A stretch of DNA of 62,968 nt, counting the filler, from Hyphochytrium catenoides (lineage: Eukaryota; Protista; Hyphochytriomycota), in the NCBI GenBank assembly GCA_900088475.1. It is 9 parts of 9 records of this genome, joined end to end, with 100 filler letters (N's around TTAATTAATTAA, not from the genome) between each part and the next. Parts side by side here need not be neighbours in the genome. Positions count along the whole stretch, not along the records: positions 59,312 to 61,199 come from FLMG01004548.1; positions 61,300 to 62,968 come from FLMG01000910.1; 7 more parts are not named here. The stretch is one strand, 5' to 3'. The position numbers were made by a program, and so were the translations under genes. The notes beneath the pieces were generated by a model, which was not told the origin of the DNA, did no database searches, and saw only the letters and a program-made list of their open reading frames with translations. This document shows positions 59,312 to 62,968 of this stretch, in pieces. How positions within the stretch are numbered: the first letter of the stretch is position 1; each line of letters starts with the position of its first letter.

Positions 59312-60604
59312 CTCTCTTACAGAATGTACACCGAGGTTCCGGTGCATTTCTACCTTTGCTTAGGTCCGTTTCCAGAAGAGAAGAGACAGCCAACCAGAGA
59401 GCAGACTCCTCTTCCACCACTAAGAATCGTGGAATCTTAGGCGTAAAGCTTTCTATCGCTCTTATCCATCGCTCTCTTTCTCTTAGTGTTCTACACTCAA
59501 AGAACTGTACTCTGGAGCCATTCTCTATAGAGAAAGTGTAGGTCTTCCCTGAGATGCGAGAGTCTAAGGGATGGACTATAAATGGCTCAGGCGACAGAGA
59601 GGAGTGGGTGGTGGAGCCAGAGCTAGGGGACGGATGACAAAGAGAGAGCTCTCCTTTAATTGAGCTGCACGTGTCATCTCTGTACCACGTTAGCTGCCCA
59701 CTGGCTGTCAGCTCCAAGAAGGCAGTCCGCCAAAAGTACCTGAATACATCGCGTTAGAGCGCGGTGACAGAAGTGGTAAGCTTGGACAACTCACTTTTAT
59801 AGAAGAGTAACAATGAGATGTAGGCACACGGCACCACAGAGAACAAAGAGAGTATAGACACAGGGAAATAGAGAGAGGGCAACTGAAGACGACGAAGAAG
59901 AGACAATCAGAGGGGACAAGTGCGCGGGATCCGTACAGAGAAGAGAACGAGGAATACGAAAGAAAGAAAGAAAGAGAGAGAGAGANNNNNNNNNNNNNNN
60001 NNNNNNNNNNNNNNNNNNNNNNNNNNNNNNNNNNNNNNNNNNNNNNNNNNNNNNNNNNNNNGAGAGAGAGAGAGAGAGGAGACCTATACTGGGAAACGGT
60101 AGGAGGGAGACTTTAGAGACAGAATAAAGCGGAAAGAGCTTGGCCGGAAAAGATACGAGGATGCCAAATTAGAGAGGGGACAGAAGAGACAATCAGAAAG
60201 AGCAAAAAGAAGGGGAAGAAGTGGAAGATACCTAGAGATAGCCAAAGAGCAGAGAAAGATTGCAGGGGAGAGGACGTACGGAGAAGAAGACGTAGGGAGG
60301 TAGCGGAACCCCTTTAAAAGGAAGCGCAAGTTAGCACCCTGGAGAGAGGGAGAGAGAGAGAGAGAGCCCAAGGAAAGGCACTATGATCCTACTGGCTGGC
60401 TCACCACAAGCGGGATGGCACCGAGACCCAGCCTCTGTGAACTATCTTTCTTCGGAAGCTGGAGCGCGGAAGGCCGATGGACGTCTTCTCTCCATCTGTG
60501 TCGCCCTTTATTTGGAGAAGCTGTGGACTCTGACTGCTTTCAACTGAAGTCTTCTCCCCTTCCCGCACTGCGTTCCAAGAGATCAGAGATCGACGACCTA
60601 CCAT
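59312..60604 (-). CDS. PH-domain protein, partial (intron 59740-60404)
   Basis: Splicing gives KIVHRGWVSVPSRLW|YFWRTAFLELTASGQLTWYRDDTCSSIKGELSL...YTFSIENGSRVQFFECRTLRERERWIRAIE, the PH strand pattern with the conserved C-terminal helix Trp. Confidence 0.8.
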
Positions 60605-61339
60605 CTGGCGCCGCAGATGGGTCTACTCTTAACCACTTACACAGACAGAATCCGGGCGAAGGGAGAGGAGCGCTGAGAGATACGAAGAGACAGAAGGTCT
60701 CCTACGCCTGATGGACAGATAGCTAGGAAGACGAAAGACACAGTGGTCGGGCCATCGTACTCGGGACGGCGAGCGTCCGTTTAGACCTGGAAGCAGGTGA
60801 TACCATCGAACTGAGCAGGACTGGAAGAGGAAGACAACGTAATGCATGAGAACCTGTCTCTTCTACTCTCTGGCTCTTCTCCATTGGTTGCATTTGTATG
60901 CACCGGCTAACAAGAAGAATCACGGACAGACTAGACCATCTTCCTCCTTATCTCCCAGGACCGCCGGGACCACACCGAGCTCAAAAGTATTAGGCATCTT
61001 ATCTCGTCTCCCTAGATTCGCCCAAGGGAAGAGGAAGGAGAGGAGAGCCATGATGGACCAGGAAGAGCTTTAGGGGCAAGTGAAGGAGCAGCCAGGGAAC
61101 TTGTAGGTGATGCGTGTCAGAGGGAGGAGAACATGGGGGAGGCGAGAGAGACGATGTTTGGAAAAGGCAGGAAGAGCAAGAGACAGAGAGATACAGGAGN
61201 NNNNNNNNNNNNNNNNNNNNNNNNNNNNNNNNNNNNNNNNNNNTTAATTAATTAANNNNNNNNNNNNNNNNNNNNNNNNNNNNNNNNNNNNNNNNNNNNT
61301 CAAGTCTGAAAGGGCGAGAGCAGAGAGAATGGAAGATAA

Positions 61340-61800
61340 AATTTTATAGAGCCCACCTCGAAAGACAAGGAAAGATCAGTGTGGACTGCCTCTCCTCTCT
61401 CCGTCTCTTTTTCCTCACACTTCCCTCCAGCCTCGAACTTCTTCTTCGCAGCCTCCGTCGCACTCTGCAGCCTCTGATGCTCTCCTTCCTAGAACCATTC
61501 CCCTGCCCGCTTTGGACAGATGAGCTTTGGAGGGAAGAAGGAAAGGAAGAGAATGCACGATGAGACGCTACGAGCCATACAATTGAAGTTACTCTTGTCT
61601 CTCCTTTTGTCCTCTCTGTTGACTTGTGGAGCCAGCCACAATGAGAGAGGAGCCAGGGACTGGAAAAATTTTGTCCTCAACAAAGAGTCTCTTGGCTGTT
61701 GCTGTCACCGCCCGTCCGACCTGCCTGAGGTCCTGGTCTCTTTCTCGCTTCTGTTCCCTCACTCACGGTCTCTGCCCCTCCGCTGCCACAATATAAACCT
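61340..61800 (-). CDS. Probable exons of an unidentified gene
   Basis: Exon-like open segments near splice signals (QDLRQVGRAVTATAKRLFVEDKIFPVPGSSLIVAGS; EGEHQRLQSATEAAKKKFEAGGKCEEK). No family recognised. Confidence 0.3.
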
Positions 61801-62930
61801 TGGTCTCCATTGGCTCTGTCTTGCTTCTTCGTCCACTGGTAGAAAGATCCATTGATTATGTTCGTGTCCCTATATCTGTCCTCACGGTTGTAGAACCAGG
61901 CAGCATTATCGACTATTTTCTATGACACTGCTTTGCTTGGTAATAAGCTTGGTCCCAATCATCGGTTTATCATCAAATTTTAGAACTGAGACAGAAGAGA
62001 AGCAAGTAGAGCCTATTGCCGAAGGAGAGAATGGCAAGAGACAGAATCGATAGTTTTTCCCCTTGTCGAACCTGGTAATAATTCTGGGTTTTCTATTTCT
62101 GGTTGCATTATTCCAGGTTCTATTTACTACTTGATGAGTGTGGCGTTCTAGATTATTGTTGATGATGGGACATTTTCTATACAGTACCTATAGATCTATG
62201 GACCTTTTAAAAGTCGTCAGCACAGTAACTTTCACGTCAAGGAGAACCCCTTTCCAAATACACGACAAAATGGGGTCAACTGCATTTACGGGGGACTGTC
62301 ACAGTATGCTCACAGGCGCAGCCTTCTTACGGCAGCGTCCTAATTATCAGCAATATTTGGACGTAAGTGGTCTAAACGTCTAAACTCCCCTACCTTGAAC
62401 TGGCTTTATGAATCCCTCCTAGAATCTAGAACAGAAAGCGATGATAGATTATTTTTATAGGCAAAATGCAGGAAGAGTTTAGGCGTATTTGCCTAAAAGT
62501 CCTACCGTTACCGGTGGCCAAAGAGTTCACATGGTCTATTTTGCCTTTGTTTATATTCCTCCAGTCTAGAGTCAATAGAAAAGGGAGAGGAGAAAGAGTC
62601 GGAAAGGATGTCTCTTATCAAAGCTTCTATGCCAGTCGGATCGCCCTTTCTTATCGGAGCGGTATCGCCTTAGTAAATGATGGGAGGGATGCGGCACCAG
62701 GCAGACTAAGACGATCTGAAAGTGAGAGAACCTCAGCAGGAGAGAGAGAAAGAGAAAAGAGAAACGAAGAGAGTCGGACAATCTTCTGTGTGGCTCTTCT
62801 GCACCAAGAAAGAGATTGCGTCTCGGCGTTTGCCCTTTCTCACTTGGGACCAACCTACGAGAGAGAGAGAGAAGGGGAAAGAGAGAGAAAGAGAGAGCAT
62901 GCGCGAGAGCGAGATAGGAGAGAGAGAGGA

Positions 62931-62968
<38 letters not shown>

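Noticed and set aside
28812-61255. Recurrent TTAATTAATTAA palindrome as a biological repeat or regulatory site
   Set aside because: It is always centred in N44 runs and has stops in all six frames, so it is an assembly linker. Gene neighbourhoods across it are meaningless.
26387-62968. Many long ORFs rich in SLSLSL or ERERER
   Set aside because: They are stop-free translations of (CT)n/(AG)n introns and intergenic tracts, not genes.

Overview
Eukaryotic DNA, probably from a protist, and not one continuous locus. Eight artificial spacers (N44-TTAATTAATTAA-N44) join nine contigs, so gene neighbourhood only means something within a contig. Contig 1 (1-28767) is an accessory-type region full of decayed non-LTR retrotransposons. 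It carries an intronless RelA/SpoT-like nucleotidyltransferase fused to TPR-like repeats and C-terminal TM helices, an intronless Cys-less pentameric ligand-gated ion channel with no visible signal peptide, a nocturnin-like phosphatase, a secreted M36 fungalysin, a two-repeat uncharacterised protein and a ~3 kb duplication holding an ankyrin gene. The later short contigs are saturated with (AG)n/(CT)n and hold mostly partial housekeeping genes: MRD1/RBM19, a CNMT/CFA-type methyltransferase, RPAP1, THADA, a PH-domain protein and a CaaX coiled-coil protein. They also hold a bacterial-type FlaR-like P-loop kinase with an intron inside its Walker A motif. The best candidate for a new system is the membrane-anchored alarmone-synthetase-like enzyme next to a possibly inverted, cytosol-sensing pLGIC. 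That pairing is a hypothesis from motifs and adjacency only. All family calls come from motifs read by eye; no searches were run.
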